A stretch of 61,170 nucleotides of DNA, the filler included, from Sphacelaria rigidula (Eukaryota), in NCBI GenBank assembly GCA_964200075.2. It is 8 parts of 8 records of this genome, joined end to end, with 100 filler letters (N's around TTAATTAATTAA, not from the genome) between each part and the next. Parts side by side here need not be neighbours in the genome. Positions count along the whole stretch, not along the records: positions 30,638 to 38,196 come from CAXNAA020014339.1; positions 38,297 to 45,855 come from CAXNAA020014340.1; 6 more parts are not named here. One strand, 5' to 3'. The translations under genes and the position numbers were made by a program. Below, one piece after another: positions 33,301 through 45,855 of the stretch. The notes below the pieces were generated by a model. It did not search any database. It was not told the origin of the DNA and worked only from the letters and a program-made list of their open reading frames with translations. Every line of letters starts with the position of its first letter. The first letter of the stretch is position 1.

Positions 33301-36300
33301 CCACTCCTCTTTGAGTTAGATACTACGTAGTACATACGGCTGTTCCCTGTCTCTTGTCTCTTATGATGGCGGGCGGATGAGATGAAAGCGGCACCATCCT
33401 GGCACTGCCGTTGCCGCCGGGTCGTGACGGTCGAATTCCTGCTATTTATAATAACCACATACATCAAACCCCCCGTCCTTTGCGGGGGTTCCATGTGTTC
33501 GAATCCTGTCGGTAAGTGTATTTTGTTTTTTTCATGCTCTTGAGTTGTACTTCCTCTGGTCCACTATGTGAGCCCGAATGGAAAAGTTCATTGTATAAGC
33601 TCGTGTTGAAAACGCATGTTTGGACGGGTGTTTTCGACGATGAGACCAACGCTGTGTGTTCCGCACGCGGTTGGTATCATGTACGCCAAAGAAAAATCAT
33701 ATTGGACCCGGGGGTAACAAGATATCGTCCCCGGGGGTGGCAAATCCCGAACCGGGCTTATACAGCGTATTTTTTGCTAGTAGAGCAAGAAATAGCGCCG
33801 ACAGCACTAGGACCAACGCCAACAGCAGCAGAACCAGCACCGACACCGCTACCAGCGGTCTGCCTCGCCGACATCGTCAGAGGATGAACTGGAGGCGGTC
33901 CGTAGAGTATATCCCCTTCGTCACCGCGGCTGGCGCTAGGTCCGCTAGCTATTGTGGGCGCATATAGTGTTGTGTTGATCGGCTCAGCGGAAACGCTGGT
34001 TTTGGGGGGTTCTCCAAAGCGCTCCGATAACCACGAAAAACACCAGTGAAAAAAATCGATGGGAAGGCGATCAACCGGTGGATTCGTGTCCTTCGCGGCG
34101 CCCACCGTCCGCTTACCGTAGGTGTTCGTGGGTCTATTTTGAGGGTGCTGCAAAGACATCGGTTTTGGGCTCTGCTCCAGGAGATCACGAAAGCGATGAA
34201 AGAAGCTTCAGAGAAAGTCGCGGAAGAGCACATGATATTCCACTTTCCCTCGAATCGGGTGTATACAGTGGACCAGAGCAAGCATGCTGCACTTCGAAAA
34301 CGGGAGGGAGGGAGAGTAAGAACGAGGTTTGATTTGGCAACATCATCAATTACGTCATGAGAGAACATCGACGGAGTTCGCGAGCTGGTCAAATGCTCGA
34401 TACTGGAAAGTCCCAACCCGCCCCCCCCACACGTACACACGTACACTATGAGGCCGTTTCAATACGATTGTATACTTCCACTGGCACGGCTATTGGCGGC
34501 GTAGTTCCCCCAGTTGTTCGGGCAAATTCAGGGTTAGATGCATGAACACCCCGAGAGTTCGGTTGTGGGGCATGGGATCAGCAGTGCCGCAGACCGTCGA
34601 CTGCCATTCACATATATCTATGTACATACATTTTGTGGAAATGTTAGCTCTATGTACTGTATCTTAGTTTTCCTCGTTTTCATTTTCGTGTACTGCCTCT
34701 GGTGTAGAAGGTAAGAATGATGAAGAGCAGCGTTACTCGTACAGCTCACGTTTAAGCCAAAGGTGGGAGTATTGATAATCTAGCCCCATGTGTCATAGTA
34801 GCAGCGGCAAACTGACCCCGAGGTGAAATAATTCCAGCTGAGCCCTCGGAACATCCCCTTTTGCAATGTCTCGGATAGGAGATGGTGCCAGCTAAGAAAC
34901 CACAAAGGAGTTAAACGGTTGTTGTTTCTCCACAAATGTAGTTACAACGGGGCCCTCTGAAAAGGGGTACTGATGTTCTCGTCGACGGGAAAAACCTGCT
35001 TGGTGTCAAAAATAGCTTGATACGACGTTCCCGCCTACTCGCGTGTTACAAAATCACCCCCCAACTTGCCGCACGAGTATACCGTGCTTACAGTGCGTTT
35101 TCTGCCTGCTGTCTCCGTATGACCCTTATATTATGGACCAGAAGAACTATGATTCACCCTGTATTGCAATGTATTTTTCAAGCTACAGTGAGCGTAAGTG
35201 TTTGCTTGCTATCTCTTAAATCATGTATCGAAATAGACATAAATGCATTGTTTTTGGTTTCTCGTCAAAATGACCCGATCAAACGAAACAAAACAGGGAA
35301 AGAAGAACGAGACTGGCTGAAGAGGTGCGTGCGCGAGAAACCGCGCGGAAGTCACAGCCACCGCGACGAGGCTGCAGGCTCGGGGGAGCGGAATGGGGAC
35401 TCGGACGGCGTTGGCTACCGCGTTGTCGGTGAGGTGTCCTCCCTCTTCAAGGGGTAGGAGGCGTGTGCGTGAGATGAGTACATCTCGTTATGTTCACCAT
35501 AAGTTTCAGGATTATTCATGTTCATCGTAGAGTCTTGGAGACTTCTTGTTATTGCCGGTACCATTGTTACCATTCCAAGGTGACTGCGTCAGATATGCCT
35601 ATGATACGAGGCAGGCGGAAGTTGACAAACTACAGAACTAAATGGAGATCCACGGGCTGCGGGGGTACTGATCCAATGCTAGATAGATGATGGTCAAGCG
35701 GGTACAGGGGAAAGAATTATTGATTGGTCGCTTGATGCGCCGGACTGATCCCGACAAGGACAGAGAAGAGGGCCAGGGTTGAAAGTAAGGCGTGGAAAAC
35801 GAAATAATACCCCCCCTCCGAAAAAAACGTTCACATACACGACCGACTTCTGCCTTTTTCTCCGGTATTTCCTTCCCAGCGTTTTTATTCTTCATTTTGT
35901 TTATCTCTGTTGGCATTTCCAATAATAGCACGTTGTCGTCATTTTCCATTTGGTGAACGTTTCGGCGTCCCATGTTCTCTTGAACTTTTTTATTTTTTTA
36001 TTTTTTTGAATACATCCTGTGCGTGTGTTTCTATTTGTTTGATGCATGGCGTTTGTTTTATTGATGCTTACTTTGCTTCTTCTCGTTTCGCTCGTTTCGC
36101 CTGCATGCATTGCGTGTCATGTGTCTATGTGTGTCTTATTCAGAATGCTCGACAACCGCAGCTACCGTCCCTAAGCTGCCAACCTCACCAGATGGATCAT
36201 CATCAACAGATGGGGAAAGTCCTGTTGCCTTCGGTAGTCACTTCTCTCATGTCAACATTGACGTTACGGGAAACAGCCGATTATTCCCCGGAGTGTGTCG

Positions 36301-37128
36301 GGACGGGGTGTTGTCTCGCTCCGGACTCGGAGAGCGGGGCTGGCGTTGGAAGCATTGGCGAGGGTAACGGATGGTCTCATTTACATAGCAAGGTATGCCA
36401 CGGAGTATCAGTCACGACGTCGATCTGTTTCGTTTTAGTGCATGACGGTATCTCACATCACGACACGTAAAAATTCGTTGTTGGGAAAAGTAAGAGTCCT
36501 TGATGCGTGCGTGGTTGCATTTCAGAGTGTCATTCATCGACGAATAAATGAATATACAGTTTTGACGGGTGGTCTCTGGTAGCAAGTCAGTTCAAACCAA
36601 GGAACGTCGTTCACACCGTCCACCTGGTACGATACTCTGCGTCGCGTTACGTTACGTTACGTTACGTTGCGTGGGCAGTTGTTGCTTGGAGAAGTACCAA
36701 GTGTTGCGCTCTTCGTTGGATGTTTCGTGGATGGATGGTTTAATCGCTTGATGACTGTGTCCTTGGTCGGTGGCTTTACGGTGCCCCCTGGTGTGTCTGT
36801 ATCTGCTCTGCTTCCAAGAATTCTTTGGGCTTCACCACTTCTGTAGTCTCCTTGTTTGTTCTCCCTATTACGCATCTCTCTATACATGTGTTATTTCCTG
36901 CCGGTGTATGCCAGAGCAGTGTGGTGCCTCGCTTCATTGTGTTTGTTCATGGATGAGAGGGCCAATACCCTAAATACGCGGTTGTAGTAGATGAGCTGAA
37001 ATATTTTCCTTTCCACGGCCCTTTTATTCTCACGACTGGGTATGAGTGTGGTTCTGCGCAAGACCTTTCCCGCCGAACCCGTATGGCACAGACCGGCCAT
37101 TTTTTTTTTCGTCTTAAAACAAGTCTAA

Positions 37129-37337
37129 TTGGAGCCGTTCAAAATTCTTCTTCAAAACTGCCTTGTTGGCCCTTCTCCATCGTTTTACGTCTGAAAAGAG
37201 GGCTGGGCGGATATTGACGCCTTGGAATGACTTGCTCTACTCGTTGAGACCGTTCCAGGGAAATTTTGCATTCCCCGCTGGCTGCGGTTTTATTGTTGGC
37301 CAAACAAGGACTTTCAATAAAAAACGGGGGAAGTTTT
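37129..37337. mobile_element. Left arm of PIF/Harbinger-like MITE family E
   Basis: Starts taa|ttggagccgttcaaaattc. Homologous to 60377-61158 and 55336-55735. Confidence 0.8.
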
Positions 37338-37758
37338 CAGGGATATACACGTTAAAAGTGACGTTTTACGTGACATATTCGAAAAAACGTGAATTTGGGT
37401 CATTTAACGCTACGTAAGGTTTGATTTTTTGGATGAGACAAATGTAACGTAGCGTGATGTAACGTGTGGTCCTTCGCATGAACCCTAACATCGCGTTTTA
37501 CTTTCCAAATGTGACGAAAACTCTGCTTGTTTTCATGAATATGTCACGTAAAACGTCACGTAACAAATTCACAAAAAACAGCCTTTTTTTACATCTGGAA
37601 AATCCCAAGAGACACTGCTTCAAGGTCAACACGTTACACTACGTTACGTTACATTCATCTCATCCAAAAAATCAAACCTCACGTAGCGTTAAATGACCTA
37701 AATTTACGTTTTTTCGAATATGTCACGTAAAACGTTACGTGTAACGTGTATATCCCTG
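37338..37758. mobile_element. 421-bp hAT-like fold-back MITE nested in family E
   Basis: ~135-nt inverted arms (cagggatatacacgtta / taacgtgtatatccctg). 8-bp TSD gaagtttt / gaaatttt. Confidence 0.9.
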
Positions 37759-37834
37759 GAAATTTTGATCATCTAACCGTTTTTTAAGCACAACGCCCAT
37801 ACATGAGGATATATGTTTTTAGTAAAAGGTGAAA

Positions 37835-38196
37835 ATCAACCAATCAGAGGCCCTTCAGCGAGGAATCGGCGGAATCTAGGGCCAATGAAATGCGATGTTC
37901 GTGGTTAATTATGTAGTGAAATATGCTTGTGATTGGCTCGCAGACTCGAGTCACGCCTGAAGTGTACGCCGGGACGGATAAAACAGCAGCAGCGAAACAA
38001 AGCTGCAAGCAGACAAGCGGGCAGCGAGTGGTACATTACTGTCACAGTGAGTCATTGCGATGCTCGTGTATCGATATAATCCAATCTTAGTACGGGGTAT
38101 GGCTGGTTGTGTTTTCCGTGACGGTGAGCGCCGGCGCCGATGTCAGCGGTAGCAGCCGCCATGCTGACGGGTGCAAGCAGTACCCTGGCGGTGCAG
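37835..38196 (+). promoter_or_regulatory. Putative promoter with three CCAAT boxes and a Kozak-context ATG at the contig end
   Basis: CCAAT at 37840 and 37882, ATTGG at 37932. gccgccATG at 38161 opens MLTGASSTLAVQ up to the gap. Confidence 0.35.
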
Positions 38197-38369
38197 NNNN
38201 NNNNNNNNNNNNNNNNNNNNNNNNNNNNNNNNNNNNNNNNTTAATTAATTAANNNNNNNNNNNNNNNNNNNNNNNNNNNNNNNNNNNNNNNNNNNNTGGG
38301 CAATCAGGCCGAAGAAATCGTGGATTTGGTGATTTGTAGTCGTGATGATTCGTCCTAACCGTGATTTAA

Positions 38370-38570
38370 TTTGATTCGATTCGATTCGATTCGATTCGAT
38401 TCGATCGATTGTTGCACTTAGACTGACCCCGCCGGGACCCAACCGTGGTCACATGATGGACGTACCCAAGACAAAACAAAACCGAAACACTCGCTGAAGA
38501 AAAAAAAAGAGCAGAAAAAAAGTCGAGCAGAACGACATGGTAGACTAAACGACGTGAAAAAAAAAAAAAT
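38370..38570 (-). mobile_element. Retroposon 3'-end family D copy with (TCGAA)n tail
   Basis: Reverse complement of the family D end. The plus strand shows a (ttcga)n run at ~38373-38405. Confidence 0.8.
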
Positions 38571-39302
38571 CAGTGCACTGATAACAAGTGATAATCGGGT
38601 AGCTCATGAACTGTCCGGCGTGAGCAATTTTTCTGTACCCGGTGCAGGTCGACTCCAACAGGCGATCGCCCAGGTCATGACCAATCCTTGCCTATATATG
38701 GAGTTCCTAACCGCGTAACTGACACGTGCGTACATAGGTAAGCGGGCGGTACTACAACGGTACCGTTGTAAGATTCAAATAATAGTACAGACAAACTACG
38801 ACGACGACGGTATTTGCAAGGTGATATATAAAATATATGTATGCATGTAAAAAAATAAAAATACTACAAAAAATATGTAATAATAATAACAGCAAATTTT
38901 TGGATTTTGGTTGTTTGGTTTATCAAGGAGAGAAATACGCCTCGCTTCGAAGATCCTTCGGAAACACCTACCCTCGGCAACATTTCACCACCGTAGGAGC
39001 GAAGTAGTGTTTCACATCCAACTAATTATGATTACGGCAGCAAAGCAGTCGACTTTTGAGCATTGGGGAGGAAAATATATATATGTATCCTACTGTACCC
39101 GAGTGGGAGGTTGAGGAAAACAACAACAACGAAAAAGCGGGACAACAAAATGAAGTCCAACTCATGAAACACTATTATGGCGAAGAAATTTAATCAAATG
39201 TGGAGCTTTGGGAGCCGGAAAAAAAAGAAGGAAATTAATGTGCTTCGTTTTCGCGCAGGAGGTACGAGTACTGCAATGATGAATTGATTTGCCTCATCAT
39301 AC

Positions 39303-39383
39303 CTTCGGAGGCAGCGATTTCTCCACGTCTTCCTTGACCCTTCGCAGAAGGTAGGGCCGAAGCATTTCGTGAAGCTTTGCCAC
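39303..39383 (-). CDS. CHD: CHD-family SNF2 ATPase, internal exon
   Basis: tag|VAKLHEMLRPYLLRRVKEDVEKSLPPK|gtatga, 81 nt. The LRRxKxDVEKxLPPK motif is typical of CHD proteins. Confidence 0.93.
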
Positions 39384-40280
39384 CTATCCCATGGAGAAGG
39401 ACAAAAAAGGTGAATACACATGTGCAGTAGCGGCGACGGAAGGCGATAGGAGTGAGGGGGGAGACGGCGTACGAAGGGGAAAGGGATGGCATGGGATGGC
39501 ATGGGGGGGGGGGCATTTCCACTCTACACAAGGGCACGTCATCTTCTCACCCAAGTCATTCACTTTACAGACCCTTCCCTCAGAATACTAATTATTTTAA
39601 CCATGGTTCGCAGCACTACTTTCACTAATCTCGTACAGTACCAAACCCTCGAGCTGTGAGGGGGGGGGGGGCATGGTGGCATAATAATGACCTTAATTCC
39701 GGCGGGTTACGGTATATATCACCCTTCAAAAACACATTTTACGGTTCCGAAAACGCATCACGAGGGGTGTAATCATGATCATGCATGCCATACGACGTAG
39801 TCATCAGGCCATTGACCTCGCATCCCTACAAAGCCGGGACGGACCACGCCGGGTTTTCGCCGGACCAGGCGACGCATCCCAAGGGGGTGATATTGGGGGA
39901 ATAATTTCTTACGTACCGGTACAACACTGGCGGTGCCGGTATAATTCGCAAAATGGTCGAGAATTCATGAGCCGGGGTGTTATTCAGCGCGAGCGTGGGG
40001 GCGTACTCATTTTTGTTTTGCCCCAGTCATTTCAACCATCGATCATGAGCGTGCGCGAGCGGTAATGTAATATATGTTACACCGGTGACAGACGCCATCG
40101 CACCCCGACTACGACGGGTATACAGTAGCAACAAAGCAAAGCAACAACTTTAACCTCGAAAATGACGAAAATATCGATTTTCCGAAACCACCTCACGAGA
40201 TAACCTGTATCGTACAGTCTGAAAACTGTTCTGAAATATACGCACAAATTCAAGTGCATTTATACATATATATGCATCAC

Positions 40281-40373
40281 CTGAGTGGAAACCTTAAGGT
40301 CTCCGAACTGCTCCTTAAAGCCCTGTTGATCGCCGAACACCTTACCGTCTGCGAAGTTTAGCAACGCCCAAAG
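40281..40373 (-). CDS. CHD: CHD-family SNF2 ATPase, internal exon
   Basis: cag|LWALLNFADGKVFGDQQGFKEQFGDLKVSTQ|gtgatg, 93 nt. Not in the ORF track. Confidence 0.92.
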
Positions 40374-41364
40374 CTGGAAAATGGTCCAAGCAGCGAAAAA
40401 AGAAACGGCATGATTCATTCCAGATCAGACGGTCATTTTCTGGGAAAAAAGGCACGCAAAATGATATCGGGTGCCTTGCAAGACACCGCAGCGGAAAAAC
40501 GCCGACGGTGATATATTTCCCAAGAGCAGAAAAAAAATGGAATTTATGCTCTTGAGTTATAACCTATACCGTATGCCATGCATTGAAACATGTATACTAT
40601 GTCGAGAACATCGGGGCCATTCGGTGTATTTCGGGTGAACAATGTGATCATATGCCGCCACGAGTGTATCGTTGAAAACAGACTCCGAGTCGCATCACGT
40701 TATTTCAATCATGCCTACATAATCAAAACAGCTTCCGCTGATTCGATTCTGAGGTCTACTTTTGACGAAAGACAAAATGATGAAAAGACAGTGAAGGTGA
40801 GAATGGGGACGTGTCTTCGCACATAATTTTTCGATCGAAAACGTGCGGTGGAAAAGGAAAACTCCGATCTGATAAAACACAGATTCAACCCATCGTCGTT
40901 TATTTTTAAGATGGTTGAAATCACGACCGATCAGATCGGAATTTTCGCTCTCTACTGCCCTTTTCTCGATCGAAAAATTATGTGCTAAGACATAGCCGGA
41001 GATTGTGACAATGCGAATAAGGTTGTGGAAGAGAATGAGAACGACGAATAGCCCACGCGTGGCATCCATTTTACATACCCTCACGCATTTTCGTCGGATT
41101 GCTCCTCCCTTCAAACGAAGAAAAATGATTCTTGATGAAACGGAGGAGCAAACCGAGGAGAATGCGGACGGGAACGCATGAATAGTTGCGCCTCAAGTGG
41201 GCTGTTCGTCATAACCATCATCATTTCTCATCATCACGATCACAGTCTCGTTCCCATTCTCCTTGCCTCGATAAGACGGGACCTGATACAAAAGTTGGCG
41301 AATTCTCAAAAGAAAAAATAAATCAAGTTCCTCCGATAGCGGGTATTGCAGCTGCACAACTCGC

Positions 41365-41526
41365 CTCTTCAGTCTTGTTCTGGAGGGGTGTTCCTGTCAA
41401 CAGCAGGGAATGGTCGCGCGGGAGCGATCCTAGCTCCTGGAACAGCTTGGAGTCAGAGTTCTTTAGTCGATGCGCCTCATCCACCACGAGGACTTTCCAG
41501 TGGATGCGGGACAGCTCTCGTACATC
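41365..41526 (-). CDS. CHD: CHD-family SNF2 ATPase, internal exon (DEAH and motif III)
   Basis: aag|[23 protein letters not shown]...[14 protein letters not shown]|gcgagt, 162 nt, GC donor. Confidence 0.95.
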
Positions 41527-41557
41527 CTTGAAAATTCCGGCAAACAGAGAGTGCGCG

Positions 41558-41590
<33 letters not shown>

Positions 41591-42484
41591 GTACCCACAG
41601 AAATGGAAATGGAAAAGAAAAAAAAACGGACGTCATAAACATTGTAAAAAAAAACCTTAAACATGGATGAAAATTGAAGTAGAAAGGCGAGCACCAGCAG
41701 AACCTCGTATACGTACATTCAAACCGAGATATATAAAAATAAAAAATAAAACGTTGAAAAATCAAAGACAAGATTCGAAACTTCTCTGGCATGCCCAAAC
41801 ATTGTCGAAAAAAAAGAAGGAACAAAACACACAAAAAAACATACGATTCAAATCGAGAGGCAAAATACCAGAATTTCGTTTGGCACGTGGGACAACGAAA
41901 CTCAACCATGTAAAGAGCCATATCTTCCTACTCTTCCCGGAAAACATCGGAATTTCAATTTTCGCTTCAAATAGTACACATAAACAGAGACCGCCGACAC
42001 GCAGCACCACCCAACCAGAACGGGCGATCATCATCGGTGGAACCGAATACGTGCCGGCGAAAGCCATACATACCATACAGGCGAAAAATGAACACGCACG
42101 CACACACACACGCACACACACACATCAAGGTGCACGCTGCCGCTCCCTTTGTCGAACCGACACCACCATTCACGCCAAAAAATCACCCCAGATATTCTTC
42201 TTCTAGAAAATATGAATATTGCATGATGAGCTTTTTTTCATGCCAGGGAACTGATATTGAAAAATGGAGGGGGGGGGGGAGGGGGGGGTGACAAGCAGGG
42301 CAATGGACTAGAAAAAAAATAAAGAGCATAAATAAGAGAGGGGGGGAGGAGGGGGAATCGAGGGAAAAAAAATCAAAGGAATAAGCGACCAAAAGCAGTA
42401 CATAACGACACACAAACACATATCGAGGAGGGAAACGGAGCCGACCAAAAATATCAGAAAAAAAGAAGAAAATAATAGAATCAC

Positions 42485-42673
42485 CTTCAGCGCAACCTCG
42501 TATGTCGTAATGAGGATGTGAAACTTTACGCGGCCCGTCGCCTTGAGCTTCTTAGCTTCATCTTTGGACACGAACGGCTCGGTGTGCCAGAACTCCTTGT
42601 CCCTCAAGATGCTCCTGGACACCCCATTGCCATGATAAACGACCACGTTCATGTCCGGGCTCCACGTCGCAAT
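42485..42673 (-). CDS. CHD: CHD-family SNF2 ATPase, internal exon
   Basis: cag|IATWSPDMNVVVYHG...KFHILITTYEVALK|gtgatt, 189 nt. Confidence 0.95.
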
Positions 42674-43179
42674 CTGCAGCGTTCAGGGTACATCACGCGG
42701 GTAAGATCGTTACATCACATACTGTTGTAGTTGACAGTGAAGTTTACCGTCGTTGGGCTACAAGTGACCATGGTTTATATTACTTGATTTGAATGTGAAC
42801 TATGAGAATCGGATGTTTAGCGGGGCTGACAGTCCCGTGTGCTCCTCGCGTGCGCAGAACGCGTTTTCGTTGAAATCGGCGCCTATGGCGCCGATTTGGG
42901 GTATACCAAGGCCGCATTTGGCGTAGGGACCGCATATACCGCCCTTGCCCAAGGGTCCTCGGTATATATTGGGTTGGGGTAAAGGTTTTTAGGGGTAGTG
43001 AGACTTGTAAAATTTTGGCAACCATGATATAAGTAGCCCAACGCCGGTAAGCTAGCCTCGTAGTTGACGTGCGACAATCAATGAACCAATCAGGCAATCA
43101 GTTCATTGATCTGTGAATCAACGCATGAATAGATCAAAGACCCAATACATCAATCACTAAATGAAAAAAAATATATGGT

Positions 43180-43370
43180 ACTGTTTTTTTCTCCAGCGAG
43201 CGGTTCAGTTTCGTTTGGTCTCGGGTACGTTGATCATGTGACTACGGCTGGATCCTTGAGGGATCAGTTCAAATGCGACAATTAATTAAATCAATCAAAA
43301 TGAATCAAAAGATGAATATCAATGGATTCTAGACGAATCAATCAACCAATGAACCAATGGATCAGTAGAT
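43180..43370 (+). mobile_element. Retroposon 3'-end family D copy in a CHD intron
   Basis: 'gggtacgttgatcatgtgactacggctggatccttgagggatcagttcaaatgcgac' plus an aatc-rich tail. Confidence 0.75.
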
Positions 43371-43582
43371 CATACCCTCAACAATACATTACATTGTCGA
43401 AAAGTGTACTGCGTACAGTATCGACTATTGCATCCATTGTAATAGTCTATCATCAGACCACGGCTGGACTCTTGGGGGGTCACTTAAAGTGCGACAATCA
43501 TTCAATCAAAAATCAATCGACAATAGATTCCATACTGTATGCAGTACACTTTTCGACAATTTGTTATTTTTTCCAGGTTGTG
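43371..43582. mobile_element. Family C MITE copy carrying a family D insertion at its centre
   Basis: cataccctc...tgtactgcgtacagtat [family D 43447-43520] atactgtatgcagtaca...tccaggttgtg. Homologous to 16060-16196. Confidence 0.75.
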
Positions 43583-44374
43583 AAATAATTCAACACATCA
43601 ATAAGGAGTCAATAGACCAATAATGCCGCCCACACCCAATGGTCTGTCCAATTGGTACAACAACAGACATCAACTAGGTCAGAAGCGAACTGACGTTCCA
43701 ATCCCGCCAGGTACAAAATGTTACCTTCTTTTCTCCACAGGAGACAGGCCGTCATCCTTGCCTTGTACTTCGCCATTCTAATTCCGTACAGCGCTTTCAA
43801 CTGCGCTCCACTTCCCCCTCGCCCCTCCGACAGTGGCCTTCAATTCAAGCCTACGAATCATTATCCCTCTTACCCCCGGGGTTAACTTTTCAAGTAGATA
43901 TGACGCCGATTCAACAGCTCACCTACCCTGGCGGTCAAAGGATTAGGGTTAAGTCGGCCGGGTGTAGGAAGCAAGCCAGGGTGGACTCTCCCCTGCCCAG
44001 GAAAGCATGTGATCTCCGTCGTGGGAAACATGAGGACGTACGTACAGTACGTACCGAAGAAAGTTCATCTGACTAGAATCGACGCTGTGCGGTGCGGGAG
44101 TGTTGGTCATAATCCAACCCACGATACCAAAAGGGGAGCCCGTTACAGTGCTGGGGGGAGCCATAGATTAATCCCCTCGGACCATAGACTCGTCCCGAAG
44201 CATGGGAGGAAGACAAATTCTGCCTACCGTGATTTGACCAAACCCCTCCTTCACGACACAGTAATTTAATTTGAAACCGGGTTCGTTTCAGCTCTCCCAC
44301 GCCCAAGCTACAAAAATCATTATCCTGAGAGGGGTTTGAAAGTGTGCAAAAACAGGAGAGGGAAAGACTCTCAC

Positions 44375-44449
44375 CTCACTCTGCCACTGAGCCACAAGGG
44401 ACAGCGGCGCCACGATGCAGAACGGTCCTCGGATCTTGGTAAGAGGGTG
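44375..44449 (-). CDS. CHD: CHD-family SNF2 chromatin-remodelling ATPase, internal exon (motif Ia)
   Basis: cag|HPLTKIRGPFCIVAPLSLVAQWQSE|gtgaga, 75 nt, phase 0. Confidence 0.9.
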
Positions 44450-45783
44450 CTGCAAATCATCATCAAACCGAGGAAAAAATAAATAAAAAATGAGACAAAA
44501 TTAGGGCAATATAAAAGACAGGATGTAAGGCCGTTTCTTCCGGGTCGTTTTTTCCGCTCGTATTTGCAAAGAAAGAGGAAGATATACAAGATGCCTACTT
44601 ACGGTTCGATTCTTCACGGGATTACCGGGGAAAAAATACAAGGCGGGGAAAATTTTACGAGATGGGCCCTCTTGGCTTGTTTTTTTTTTTTAACAAGACG
44701 AGATCGACTTGTACGTTTCTCGTGTATTTTTTATGTGAGACGTGGCGAGACTAGCATCACCCGCCAGCCCTGAAGATGTTTGTCCCCTTCGTCATCTGCG
44801 GGGCTCTGCTGACAGCAATGTCGACCATCCCCAGCACCGTTTACACACTAGAACTAGACCAAACTTTGCTTCGCCATCCCGGCGTACGCCAGATGTCGTC
44901 AGGGTTTGATGATCTATTGGCATCGACCGTGCTCTCGAAAACCTGCAGCACGGGCAGTACCCGGCGCAGATATTACAGGATACTGTCTGTGCTGTCTCAT
45001 GCAGTGAGTTGTAGGTGCACACAACAGTATAGTAGTACGCACGGCTGTAGCAAAAATAGTGCGTACAATGTCATACATGTGGACAACTTGCAATACAGGC
45101 AACACTAGGCGGTACTGTACTGCACTGCCTGCACTGCCGCATTGAACAGTAGGATGTAAATGCCATGCTGCGCCCAACGGCTGCCGAAAATTATCTGGAC
45201 AACGTACAGTGCACACAGTACAAGGCCGGTACTACCGCATTCAACAGTACAGCACAGTACGGACAAATTTAAGCAGTACAGTACTGTCTATACTGCCACA
45301 TACGGCCGTACACACGCGCACATGTCAAATTGCAGACGGTAATATACAACGGCTGAACTAAAATTGATGTGGAGGAGTGCGGTACAGACAGTGCTACTAG
45401 ACAATACTACAGTCTGTACTGCCGCATACGGTATACGACAGTATAGGATGAAGATGTCAGTTTGGACACAGTACGAGCTGGGCCAGCAGCGATTGGGGGA
45501 GGTCTGTGTTTCACGTCTTCTTACACTAACTCAAAAAGCTTGGCATGACGAAGCCTTCAGGTCTTTGTACCTTGCCTTGGCGTGCACACCCCTTTTAATT
45601 CCGCTGACCGTACTTTTGGTACCTCTCTGCTCTTTTGGTACCCCACCCCCCTCGAACATATATCTGGAACCGTAAGGTGGGGTCAACATTTCTCACTGTA
45701 TTTTCCTAGCGTTATTTTCTTCTCATAAATCGTTGCAAAATACGAGCCGGAAGAAACGGTCCAAGATATAAGACAAACGACTA

Positions 45784-45855
45784 CGAGCTGGGCCAGCCTA
45801 GAGGCGGATTTGAAGTTTGCAGGCCCATGCTCTTTTATACATTTAGAGTTGGGCC
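45784..45855. mobile_element. Terminus of family B element at the contig end
   Basis: ta|cgagctgggccagcctagaggcggattt. A second terminus fragment starts at 45474. Confidence 0.7.

Noticed and set aside
33465-33515. tRNA-like sequence (GTTCGAATCC at 33497 with an upstream hairpin)
   Set aside because: No A box or acceptor stem is visible. At most it is a remnant.
42873-42897. Perfect hairpin aatcggcgcc-tat-ggcgccgatt as a terminator or Helitron end
   Set aside because: It lies in an intron, with no poly-U tract and no adjacent CTRR end.
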